From the human T2T-CHM13v2.0 reference genome, Homo sapiens, in the NCBI RefSeq assembly GCF_009914755.1, contig NC_060933.1: a DNA stretch of 64,000 nucleotides, one strand, 5' to 3'. A program made the position numbers and the translations under genes. The notes below the pieces were generated by a model, which made no database searches, had not been told where the DNA came from, and saw only the letters and a program-made list of their open reading frames with translations. Each line of letters begins with the position of its first letter. Positions within the stretch are counted from its first letter, which is position 1. Shown piece after piece: positions 15,781 to 28,769 of this stretch.

Positions 15781-16259
15781 GCATTCTTCTTTCCCCTACA
15801 TTCCAGAACTAAAGGACAAGTAACTTCAAAAGTGCTGCCTCCGGGCTCCCTTCCTGGTACCTATTCTGCTTCACTTTTGCCACATCATGAGAAGGGGTAA
15901 CCAGTCTCTTAAGTCTTTTCTTTCTAAATATTCCTCTGTCTCTTCCTCTCAGGTCTCACTTGAACAACTAAAGGGGCAGCCTCCTAGAATCCTGGTATTC
16001 ACTACCTACCACTCACTGGCAGATGTTGACATTAGCACATTACTAAGCCTAAGCAGAATTAAGAGAAAAGGAAGCCATTAGTGCCAGGTTGGAATCCTGC
16101 AATAGGACTTAGCACCTGTCCTCAGTTTAATGTATGAGTATAAGCACCCTGAATCTATAGAAAATCCAGAAATGTCCATTATTTATAAAATGCTCCCTAT
16201 ATATTTGTGTTTGTGCATGTGTGAGATTTGTATTTATGTAAGAGTATGACATATAGCTA

Positions 16260-16505
16260 CAGTTGACCCTTGAACAATACTTATTTGAACTGTGGGGTCC
16301 ACTTATACATGAATTTTTTTTTCAACCAAACGTGGGTGGAATATAGAATATTCATGGGATGTGAGCCCTGCCTATGCAGAGGACCAACTTTTTGTATATG
16401 TGGGTTCTACAGGGCCAACTGAGGGACTTGAGCATATAAGATTTTGGTAGACACAGGGGTTCTAGGTTCTAGAACCAATCCCCTGCATACACTGAGGGAC
16501 AACTC
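16260..16505 (-). mobile_element. MER8 (TcMar-Tigger) non-autonomous DNA transposon
   Basis: TIR-like ends cagttgaccctt...gagggacaactc, flanked by TA on both sides. Confidence 0.8.
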
Positions 16506-17711
16506 TATTGGCACAGAGTTGATTGAGGCAGTAGGAAATGGGAAGATAAAGCTGGCAGCTCTTTCCACACATGGAAAGCATAATAGGAAAGAAGGGCTTA
16601 AGTTAGCAGGTAGGTGGTGTGGGATTCAGGGACATTACTCTGCGTATATGTTTCATCTATTGCAGCAGCGTTTCCTGTTACATACTTATACCCTGTGGGG
16701 GCAGCGGACAAGTACAGTTCTGATACCTGAGACTGTGCGAAGAAAGCAAGCCAGGAATTTGTGTGATAGGGGAGACTCCACAATTTCTCGTTTGATTCAG
16801 CATAAGCCTGCATTGTTGGGGTATCTCCAGGAAGTCAGCCCCAGTGCAGGCAGCAGACCTCACGGCATAGGGTGGAAGCAAAGTGGAGCATCTGTCAGTG
16901 CATAGCCTTCTTAAGCAATGATGAGCTGCTTAGCATTCAGGACATTCAGCCCAAGATTATAAATGAAATGTGTTTGTGTGTTTATATGTGTGTGTATGTA
17001 TGTATGGATATGTATGTCTGCCCTGTCACTGGAAGGCTTTTTAAATTTTTTGATTTAGATCATAGAATTTCTAGAGATACTAATTTTCAAATTTTATACC
17101 TCAGACAGGAATCCATCTTTCTGAGTTTTGTGTAGTTATATTTTTGGTCCTAATTTGTCAGTAAACAGGACTTTTATTTCCTCCATAGAGAAGTCAGTGA
17201 TTTTTCTGTCTGGGGTGTCTTCTTGCATGCCCCCTGGTTGTCCATCCACTTTCATGACTACCTCTGCAGTCTCTTCATATCTCTTTCTTATTGTTACCTA
17301 AGGTAAAGCTTACGATTTATTATTGTATCTGTGAGCATGGTGCCAGTAGCTTCCTTTGGCTTAGGAAGGAAGAACATTTATCTCAGGATAGAGCTTCACT
17401 GCCACATTTGGTGACATAAAATGCTATATGGAGAACTGACTATACTGAGGTGTGAAATACATGTAGGAAGTCTCTCAAATACATTCAGATATCCATCGGC
17501 TTGCAGTTTGTCCCTGATGTTGGCTTTCTGTGAAGCTGAAGTGCCTACCTTGAATGGATGGAAAAAAACTGTCCAAGTCTTTGTGCCCTGTAGCCGTCAA
17601 TTACTGTACTTTTCATGAGCATTGCCTGTGGTTCCAAATGATATTTCTATAGGCAGAAAGTGAGATGGAAGAGGGAAATATTGTACACAAAAATATGAGG
17701 ATGTGAACAGA

Positions 17712-18203
17712 GCAGGACTGTTCACAATAGCAAAGACTTGGAACCAACCCAAATGCCCATCAATGATAGATTGGATAAAGAAAATGTGGCACATATACAC
17801 CATGGAATACTATGCAGCCATAAAAAAGGATGAGTTCATGTCCTTTGCGGGGACATAGCCGAAGCTGGAAACCATCATTCTCAGCAAACTAACACAGGAA
17901 CAGAAAACAAAACACCACATGTTCTCACTCATAAGTGGGAGTTGAACAGTGAGAACACATGGACACAGAGAGGGGAACATCACACACTGGCGCCTGTCAG
18001 GGGGTGGGGGGCTAGGGGAGGGATAGCATTAGGAGAAATACCTAATGTAGATGACAGGTTGATGGGTGCAGCAAACCACCATGGCACATGTATACCTATG
18101 TAACAAACCTGCATGTTCTGCACATGTATCCCAGAACTTAAAATATAAATTTAAAAAATAAGAAAAAAAGTAAATGAATAAATAAATAGAATTTATCTGA
18201 GAA
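17712..18203 (+). mobile_element. L1PA7/8-like 3' end (~450 bp) with extended tail
   Basis: ttcacaatagcaaagacttggaaccaacccaaatgccc...cccagaacttaaa. 16-bp TSD aaaaatatgaggatgt at 17689-17704 and 18204-18219. Confidence 0.93.
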
Positions 18204-19210
18204 AAAAATATGAGGATGTAGTTCCTATTATCTGATTCCTAGTGTCCTTTGGATCATGCTTATTTTGTCTCTAAGCCCATTGTATTAACCTACATCACAT
18301 ATACGCAGTTTGCACTGCTGGAAGCTATCAGGCTCTGTAATACTGACTCTGAAATGATTGTTTCAGCCGCACCCTACTGCTACCTCCTTGCCCGTCCTCT
18401 GAGCTTGCTTATACTCATTAGGGAAACTTCTTTGACTGTTATGACCTCTTTCTTTCCTGATTATCCCTTTACTTTCTGTTTTTTGGTTTTGGTCGTTTTC
18501 GTTGGTTCTTTCCCTGCCTCGTCTTTAATTGTTGGTGATGCTCAGGGTTCCTTCCTTGACTCAGCTGTACTCTGGAGATGCATGTTCTCCCTGAGCAGTC
18601 GCCTTTGAGCTCTGGCAACACACTCTCCTGTGCATATGCCACATGTTTTGCTTGTTTGCTTTTTGTCATGTAGGAACTTCTGTGTAATAAAGGTTCTTCC
18701 CTAATCCCATGTCTGTTCATCTGGCTTACTTACTCCTTTCAGAATCAGCCCAGCCTACAGGAAGCTTTTCCCAGCCTACTCTTCTCTCTCAACTATGTTC
18801 TAATTGTCCATGAGGGTATTCTGTACTTTGGTTAATGTATGTACACCATTGTATTGAAATGATTTGTTTATATATACAGTCATCTAAACAAAACTGCAGG
18901 TTCCCAGACAGCATGTGCCTGTTTTATTTGCATTTAAAACCTTCAGTGCTTGCAAAGTCCCAGGTATATAGTAGGCATTCAATTTGAGTGCTGCTATATT
19001 CATTCCATTTGGTGGATTTAATCTTAAGATGTTTTTGTCTCTTTTTTTCTGAAGAATGGAACTTGCACCAAAATAACCCTAATCTGAAAAAAAAATGTGT
19101 CATGGCATTTTCTTTTTAAGCACCTTGCATAGTACTTTCTCTTTTCCTCCCTTTCCTAATATATGGTCTGCCTGTGTTGTACTATAAATAGTACTGCAGC
19201 AGGTAGAAAT

Positions 19211-19363
19211 TGTAGCAGTTAGGGTTCTCCAGAGAAACAGAATGGTGAGACATGGATATACATACATACATACTTATATATACACACACACATATACATA
19301 CATATATACATATGTGTGTGTATATACATACATATATACATATGTGTGTGTGTATATACATAC

Positions 19364-19396
<33 letters not shown>

Positions 19397-19424
19397 ATTT
19401 TATTTCAAGGAATTGCCTCACGTG

Positions 19425-19489
<65 letters not shown>

Positions 19490-19826
19490 TTTTATTTCAA
19501 GGAATTGCCTCATGTGATTATGTTTGACAAGTCAGAACTTTGCAGGTCAGGTCAGCAGGCTTGGAAACTCTTGCTCAGAAGCTGATGCTTCAGTCTAGAG
19601 GCAGAATTCCTTCTTCCTCAGAGTCAGCTCAGCTTTGTTCTTAGGGCTTTTCCATTGATTGGATGAGGCCCACCCACATTATGAAGGATAATCTTCTTTA
19701 CTTGAAGTCAACAGATTGTAGATGTTAACCATTTTCACAAAACAGCTTCACAGCTATTGCATTAGTTTGATTGAATAAGTGGATACTGTAGACTTGCGAA
19801 GTTGATGCATGCAACTCACCGTCACA
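19211..19826 (-). mobile_element. MLT2D-like ERVL solo LTR containing compound (TA/CA)n-(GA)n microsatellites
   Basis: tgtagcagttagggttctccagagaaacagaa...gtcaca. 5-bp TSD gaaat at 19206-19210 and 19827-19831. Confidence 0.85.
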
Positions 19827-22800
19827 GAAATAAGCATGAAATTTGTAGTTGTAACGTATCTTAGAACTCTTCTGATTACCCAGGTCCACCCTGTTGTGGC
19901 TCCATTTTGTGGATGAGGAAACAGGCCCAGGGTAGTTTGTAGTTTCAATTCACAAAACTGGTTAGTAGAAAGGGGCTAGCCAGAAATTTTCTCTTAACAA
20001 ATGAGAAATCCTGATTGACTTGCATTGGCCTTGTCAACAGAGTCATCAGGCATTAGGTTCTAGACCACTTATTAACCAGCTCAGAAATCCCAAAGTAATT
20101 ATTAGCACTTTTTTCTTCTCTTTATGAGTTGCTTTTTTTTTTCTCAAGGGGATTTATGACTAGCTTTAAATAGAATTCGAAAAACTACTACATGTCATAA
20201 ATCTGACCTCAAGTCTTAGAGTCTGTTATTAGCAGATACTGTCTTTTTATATTTTCTGTAACTTCAATGGCTTATTGCAGTGGACTATGAAAATGTATAA
20301 AATTTTTTCCTATTGCCAGGGATGGGAAACTATGGAAATGTCATCCCTGCTTGCTGAACTGCCCTCTTAAATTGCCCCTTATCTGATGATGAACTAAATT
20401 ATTTGGGGGAGTTGAAAAATAGAGAAATGCCAGTTATTTTTTATTCAGCACATTGTATATACTCAAAACATTTTCTCTAAGGCAAAAACAGGAAACCTTG
20501 CAAACGAAACTGTGGGTAATATGTAGTTATAAACCATCTTTCCAGGAAGGAGCTGAAAGCTCTGCATGATCCCTCTATTATAAATTTTTCCAACTCCTTT
20601 TGAAGGATGTTAAGTAATTTGCCCCATAGTCTATGGGAATTTTTCACCTCGGGGAAATGGGGCTGAGAAAGTTATTACTTTTAACCCCAGTGAACCACAC
20701 CAGAAACAGTTACAGCATCATACAAATCAATTTCTGCATTTTCCATAAAGTGTTTGGCAAGGAACAAAATAGGCTGGAAGCTGGGAAAAAGGCCAAGTAC
20801 TTAACTCACTCAAACTCATTTTAAAGTTTTTAGCTCTAGATATTCAAAGAAAATCAGTGTTCATCCTGTTGAATTCATGGGAACATCATTGTTTTTTATA
20901 TTATATAAAAGGAAACTTTCCAATTTTCTTAAATATACAATTTTTTGATAGTGAGAAATAAAATTAACTCAATTTAGATAGACAAAATGCCTTTACTCAT
21001 TTTCTAAGAAAATCTTAAATTTCCGGATAGGAAAATAAATATATATTTTTTGAAATCCATTTTCAAAACATCATGGCATTTAAGCATTCCAACTTAATGA
21101 CAGCTGAGAAAGACTGCTGTGAGACATATACTGCGTAAAGTGAATCCACCCTGTCTATTATACATGGGGATACCACCATCTGGAAAAACAAGATCTATGT
21201 ATATTTAGCCAAATACCAAAAGAATACTGCTGAAATTTCACTCTCCTGTTTCCCTCTAAGTATTTGATATGTCATCAAGTATTGTATTGTATTGTATTGT
21301 ATTTTTTAAATGTTTTGGTACTTTACTAAATAACAAAGAACTTTTGCACAGAGTCAGAGGATGGTCTTTTATTTATTATCAGAGGTGATGCCTTTCTATA
21401 AATATTGAGAATACAGTAGTGTCCTACAGGGATAGCTATTTCGTCTTTCTAAAGAGCTTGTGCATTAAGTAATGTTGTTCTTTAATAATGCACTTAAATT
21501 ACATTTAGATTTTTTTGCTAAATGTGTGAAATCAGTTTAAAATTCCATCTTTCATTTAAGACTGCTTATTAAGGAATAATAATCCCTTATTTATGATTTT
21601 TGACAGTTGACAAAGTGCTTTTACACATATTTTCTCATCTAATTCTAAAAACAGATCTAGTGTTAGATGATGTTGGTTTTCATTCCTGAGGTGAAGAAAT
21701 TGAGGCAGCAAGAGTTTAGGCATTTTCTTTTTCACGCAACTATTAGGTGACATTTCCAAGACTGGAATTCATGTGTCTTGACTCTAAATCCAATTTTTAA
21801 AAACCCTTGCCTAAAGTGGCTCTTATTTACTGAATTGTCAACGGTATTCTTTGTACATATAAATAAATTATTTTATGGATTGCCCCATAATGCAGATTAG
21901 GCAGGATAATTTATGAATTCTGATTTCTACTCTTAAAACCTATGCATACTTAATTTATAGAATGTTAATTAAAGTAATTCTGTTTTAATATGAGTAAAAT
22001 TATGGTGATTTTTCAAAAAAGTATTTTGGAAAAGTATTATGTTTATTTTCTATCAAATGTATGTGGGTATACACACAAAGACACATTTGCCTACATATGT
22101 GTGTGTTTATATATGCAAATATGTGCATATGCATATAAACTAAAATACATGTATTTAGACGGCAGCAAGATTAAGAAAATAATTAGGTCATTAATACTAA
22201 TTGCAGTTGTAATGAAAGTTGTATAGTGGATGAATGCAGAATAGTTAAAATGAAGATAGAATTTTCTTTAGCCTTGGCTGTAAGTAAAATGTAATACATC
22301 ACACAGTTTGTTGAATTTTCTTACTCTTTCCCTGTTTTTGATAGAGTAAAAGATATACTTTGGAGTGGAGATTAAACTCTTAAGAGATACAGACCAATGC
22401 CGACTCATAGTTAAGGGTCCTTATTTAACTTACATGCAATTTTTGGTTTTAGAATAATTCATTGAGATATATATTTTCTGCTCTGCTCTTCAAGCGCTAT
22501 GTTAATTACTGAAGTCTCAGACGTTTTCAAATAAAAGAACCTGTGATATATGATCTCTTCCATTAACAGCTTACAATTCATATGAGCAAATATGCTTAGC
22601 AATTTTACTCAACGAGTAGTTCGTTCCAGGTAATCCAACAGATGATGTCTCATTAAGAGTACAGAGGAAGTCTGATAACTTCCAGCTCAGATGGGAGTCA
22701 CAGATGATGGAGAAGGTGTCATCTGGGTGGGCGTTTTTGGCAATTGGTAGAATTTGAAGAGTAGAAAAGGAAATAGTTTCAGGTACAAAGCAAAGGGAAC

Positions 22801-24367
22801 AAACAGCACATTTGGTGGATGGTAAGGAAACCTGGCTTTGCATCATGAATAGTGGCTGAACAAAATCAGGGAAATTAAGAGGTAAATAAACTGGCAGTGT
22901 GGGAGGTATGAATAAATTTGGTCTTAAGTCTATTGAATTTCACTGATGATGCGGTTTTCAAGGAGACCTTTTTAAATGGCAGTTTGGAGGCACAGTGGTT
23001 GGCTCTTAAGCATTTAGTAAATGAAATGCAATGCTGGGAAGAATCAGAGCCACCCCTAGAGGATGGAATGTCTTCTGCGTAGAGGTGACAGCTAACTGGG
23101 GGAGGATGAGTCATTATTGGAAAGCAGGACAACATCCTTTGGGCTCAGAACAGTGGCCATTTATTTAAGCTGTCGCTGGCTGGTGGTCCTCTTTGACATT
23201 TTTCTTATTTGGTATATGGAAAAAATATAGCATAAGACATCCACTACTGCAGGCTTAAAATTAAGACTTTTAATTTAAAACGTGAGTTGATTGTATTATT
23301 TATTTTCTTTTTTGAAATTTGAGCTGTTTGAAATACCATCCCAGAATGAGGTGAGCAGTCTTATTTGCCTTGATTTATGCTACCTCTAAGTCATCTTAAC
23401 ATTAGTATTCACAAAACTACATTGCAGTGAAATTCAACAAATCTTTACTGAATACCTCTTATGAGGAAGATGATAAAGAATAAGAGGAAAATGAGATTTT
23501 TAGTTTGTTTGGAATACAGAGTGTATGGGAAGTATAATAGATTAGAAGTATAAAGTCTCAATGCTGTACTAAATGGGCACCATTAAAGGTTTTGAACCAT
23601 CAATGTTTTTAGGTTTTTAAATGGTACAGGAGAGTTGTTTTTAGGAGTTGTTTTTAGTTTTTTGGATGATACAGGGGGACATATTGGTTCACTTGTTCTG
23701 TTTGATTCGCATATCTTTTGCTTTTAAATAGGTGAACAGTTTCTCAAATGGCAAATATGTTAGTCAAAGTATACTAAGTGGCATCAGATAACATTCAGTA
23801 CTGTGAAGTGTCAATTTTAGATATCACCTCAGTGGAAAAATAATAGCATCAAATAAACAGTACCAGGTAAGGAGAAACAGAGTTCTTCATTATTGGCCAG
23901 ATGGACTCAACAAGCCTGTGTTCCTCACCTTGATCCTTATGCATAAAACAAAAGGAAGTTTTAATAACATTTAAAGAAAAGGAAGAAAAAATGTTTGCCA
24001 TACTCCTAAGGAATGAGTCAGTTGTTACATAGTCTGCTGTTAAATTCGGGGCCTTGATATATTTAGCTCCTTTGTGACTTGGAAAAATAGCCCAGAGAAC
24101 AATATAGATGTTATTTTTAATATTACTTTTTCCCCCAGGAATCTAATTACGTAAGAAATTTTTTATATCAACCAACCATTCAGGCCAGTATAAGTGTATC
24201 AGTACATAACTGCTAACATCATTCGCTATATTTGGTGAACTGTCTCTCTCAGCAGCTCAAATGTCAGTTTTTATAGAGAAGAGGAAAGCTCTCTCTTGTT
24301 CGCATTCTCATTGAGGCACTCCTCCCTCCTTCTTCCTTTCCCTCTCTTCTTCCCTCTCTCTTTTGTG

Positions 24368-24368
<1 letters not shown>

Positions 24369-24398
<30 letters not shown>
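24369..24398. repeat. (CA)15 microsatellite
   Basis: Direct reading. Confidence 0.95.
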
Positions 24399-24400
<2 letters not shown>

Positions 24401-25166
24401 CAAATAGTTAAAGCCAATGGATTGATGACTTGACCCCATTGTGTTATCAAGACTAGTTCTGAATTACTAATGGCCAGTGGGATCCAAGTATCTCATTTGA
24501 TAGAGTGATGCAGCTACTGTGGTGCTATGCTGTGGATGGATGCAAGAAGAGGGGAAATTAAAATCACTCTATATTTAACAGTATAGGATTGAAAGTGTGA
24601 TGTAGGCCCTTGTGCTTTTGATAAGGGAAATGGTTTATTCACTAGAGTTGGTCAAAATGTGATTAACACAGGGTTACCAGGATTCTCTATTAATGAAAGC
24701 ATCTCTCAGCTATATATTTCCTTGTGTGTCTGTTTTTTAAATGAAATTAAATATCACAGGTCACAGGTCACATGAAGGGGTCTATCTATAATGATTCTCT
24801 TTGACAACAAATGGAATTTTGGAATATAGTGAGTTTCCTGACATTGGAGACAGCCATGTAGAATGGAGACAACAATTGATTTGGGGTTTTGTAGAAAATA
24901 TTTTTTATTGTGTGGGAATTCAGCTAGATTAGAGTTTCCTAGCCCAAATTTAATGGTAAACCATGTACTTGAAAAATAAGACAAGAGGGGACTGACATGT
25001 GAGCCAGAACTGTTGTCACTGAGCAAAATGAGAGATAGGGAATCAGTGTGACAGTAAAAATTGGTTTGGTGATAGGGACAATATTAATAACCTTTAAGAC
25101 CCCCTCTATTCATGAGTTTCTGTAACTTAAACCTGAATATGCTCGTCAACTCACTGGCACTTGAAA

Positions 25167-25464
<298 letters not shown>

Positions 25465-26872
25465 TAGTAGGTTCTTAACTGAATTCTAACCCCCGCACCC
25501 AATTTCTAGTTTGCTAAAAACCCTTAAGAATGCAGGATGCAGGCCAAGAAGCTGGCTTGCCAAACAAGGTCACAGTTGGTACAGGCTTCAGGTTAGGTGG
25601 TATTGATGTCAGAAAAATCCTAAATCTGTGAAGACTGCTGAAATAGGGGATCATCAGTCAGCATCACTCAGGGCACAAGTTAAGTGAGAGGGCTGATATC
25701 AAGGATTAAGAGTTAAGGCAGTGGGTACACCTCTAGCCTTGTGAGTCTAATGGAACTTCAGACGGAGGCATCCAGCACCACGGACAGCTCTTCAGAGCTG
25801 TTGGGTGGATGTAAAAACTCCTAGGGGTTTTTCCTGGAAAAACTGCTTCTACTTCTTCCTAGCTAAAGATGTCTACTATACACAAGTATCGGACTTTATG
25901 CAACCCTCTCTTTTCTCATCTTCAATGTAGTAATAATAAATGTTCTATATAGTTCTCTGGGTACACATATTAAATGATAAATTGAAAGTATGTGTCAGTG
26001 ATACAAATTTAATAACCTTTCACTTTGAATCATTGCCCTTTATCTACCTAAGATTGTATTATGTCAAGGAAAATTGCCAGCTTCTTCTTAAAGTATGAAA
26101 TAACAGTTAAATAAACTGATGGGAGAAACTGTGATATGGTAAACAGATATACACTTTATTGGTGAGAGATAGGAACTAGGATTTATTGTATACCATGTAG
26201 GTTCAGACATATGCTCTTATAATTGTTATGCCATTTAATTTTCATAACCGCTCTGTGTACCTATCAAGGAATGGAGGGGTCAGTCCATGTCATGCTCTTC
26301 CACTGCGCCATATTTCTCCTATTTCTACTGATGGGATGGAATGGGTGACATCTGGTATGCAGGGCCAGAGTGATGATAGAATTCCAACTTGTGGCTGTCC
26401 TAAGAGTGGTCTCTTCTGAGTGTTTTCCCGATGGCAGGAAGTGGGAGTGAAGGACAGATAGAGGGGGAAAGCAACACAGCTCAGGTCCCCCAACAAGGAG
26501 ATATCAGAGCATTCCTGGCCAGGAGATGGAGCAGGGTATCCAGGGGCCCTTTGGAATGAGGTAAACCAGGTTGTTGCTGAGCTTACTGTGGGTTGGTCAT
26601 GGTAGGAATCTTCTCAAAGACCCTCAACCTAGCTGCTATTGAAGGAAATGAAAAACCATACTTTGATATCTGTGTGCGATAACTTTATGTAATACAGTGA
26701 CAACTTAGGGAAAAGCATCTATCTTTACAATTAGGGTATTTTAAAGGGAATGAAAAGGTCTTCGTGCCATTAACATTTAGTATTTGTGTCTTTGATAAAA
26801 CCAGAGTATCTTTTGTGTGATCCGTTTGTATTTAATTTGAATCATTATTTCAGAATATAAAAGTGTATCTAA

Positions 26873-27172
<300 letters not shown>

Positions 27173-27604
27173 CTAATTTTTTATAAACATGAATTTTACA
27201 TGTGGTTAGTGACTGTTTGCATTTGTTATTTGACAAACATAAAATATATCATAATGGAAAATGATCAAGTAGCAAAGAAATGCCTTCAACAGCTTTCTAT
27301 ATGTTTTGGCTTATGTACATAAGGATGTAGACAGCTTTATGAGACAGACTATACTATACAAGTACTTTTGTCTGAAGATTAGCTGGGCTGAGACTTTTTT
27401 TCTTTTCATAACAGTTTGATAGATGTTTGTGATTATCTGTTCAATAGCCCATTTAGGACTAGGTTGAAGAAGCAGCAGTTTTCTGCATAGGTAGCATTTG
27501 AGATCCATTATCAGAGGGAAATGATTATTGTATGATGCTGTTGTCCCTTAGAACTTTCAAGAGGAAAATGTTAGGATTAGGTAGTTATATAATGATTTGT
27601 TTGA

Positions 27605-27800
27605 TAGAAGGAGCACTGAGGTTGAAATCAGAAGATACAAATTTGAATGCTTGCTTCTATTCCCACCAGATGCATAGCCTTTAGTAAGTTTTTCAGACCC
27701 TCAGAGCCACAGTTTGCTGCTATAAAAATGAGACTCTCCACCTAAGTCAGGGAATGGTTGTGAGATTACATTAGATGACATTTGTGAAAGTGCTTAAAAT
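27605..27800 (+). mobile_element. MIR fragment just upstream of the exon 2 acceptor
   Basis: cctcagagccacagtttgctgctataaaaatgag...ggttgtgagattacattagatgacatttgtgaaagtgctt. Confidence 0.6.
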
Positions 27801-27862
27801 TTCTAACACATTTTTTAAAGAAACTGTTTATAATAATTCTCCTTTGTGGTTATTTTCTACAG

Positions 27863-27931
27863 AAAGTGAGTGAGAAGGTTGGAGGAGCTGAAGGAACCAA
27901 GCTAGATGATGACTTCAAAGAGATGGAAAGG
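27863..27931 (+). CDS. SH3GL2: SH3GL2 (endophilin A1) internal coding exon, probably exon 2; 69 nt, phase 0-0
   Basis: Acceptor ttttctacag| and donor AGG|gtaagc. Translates [23 protein letters not shown], matching the recalled endophilin A1 N-terminus. Too short for the ORF track. Confidence 0.96.
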
Positions 27932-28459
27932 GTAAGCCTTCACTACTGCCTAGTGTTCCCTTTGACATAAAAATGTCTACCATAATTAGAGGAGAAGAGA
28001 AAACGGGAGAGGGCAACTGTTTTCCACTGGTCTCTGAGAATACTACATTTTGTTATTTAAAACTACTTTTCATGTATGTTTTAAAACATAAAATGTAAAA
28101 TATTCTGTCTTCCCTTTGTACTGTCCTGAGGACAAAACCTCAGTGAAGGTGAAAGGTCACGATGAACTTTTTCTGGTGGGTTTCATCATCATTTTAAAAA
28201 AATAAGGACAGTGTTGAGCTGATGTTTGAATTAGGGTGAGATGCCTAGAAAAGAAGCTGCAGAATGACATCCCAAATGTTTTTGGGAGAGTTTAAGTCAC
28301 TTTCTGGCTTTAAGGACCTTCCTTACTGGATGATTGGCCAGAGGCAGCCATGTATAGTGGAGAGAATACAGTTTTAGAGCTTGTCCAACCTTGGCCCAAA
28401 CTCCCCTTCCTGCCATGTGTCACAAAAGTCCATCTATTGATCAGAGCCTCTTTTTAAAA

Positions 28460-28769
28460 TTTTATTATTATTATTGTTATTATTTTTTTGAGATGGAGTC
28501 TTGCTCTGTTGCCCAAGCTGGAGTGCAGTGGCATGATCTTGGCTCACTGCAACCTCCGTCTCCTGGGTTCAAGCGATCTCCTGCCTCAGCTCCCTGAGTA
28601 TCTGGGATTACAGGCACGCACCACCACGTCTGGCTAATTATTGTATTTTTTGTAGAGATGGGGTTTTACCATGCTGGCCAGGCTGGTCTCGAACTCCTAA
28701 CCTCAGGTGGTCCGCCTGCCTCAGCCTCCCAAAGTGCTGAGGTTCCAGGCATGAACCACTGCACCCAGC
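28460..28769 (-). mobile_element. AluS (Sx/Sz-like), inserted in a MIR
   Basis: Full Alu. TSD agagcc(t/c)ctttttaa at ~28443 and ~28770. MIR-like flanks ~28345-28860. Confidence 0.92.

Noticed and set aside
16444-16905. 153-aa ORF
   Set aside because: Starts at a non-ATG codon inside MER8, has no recognisable homology and no clear exon boundaries
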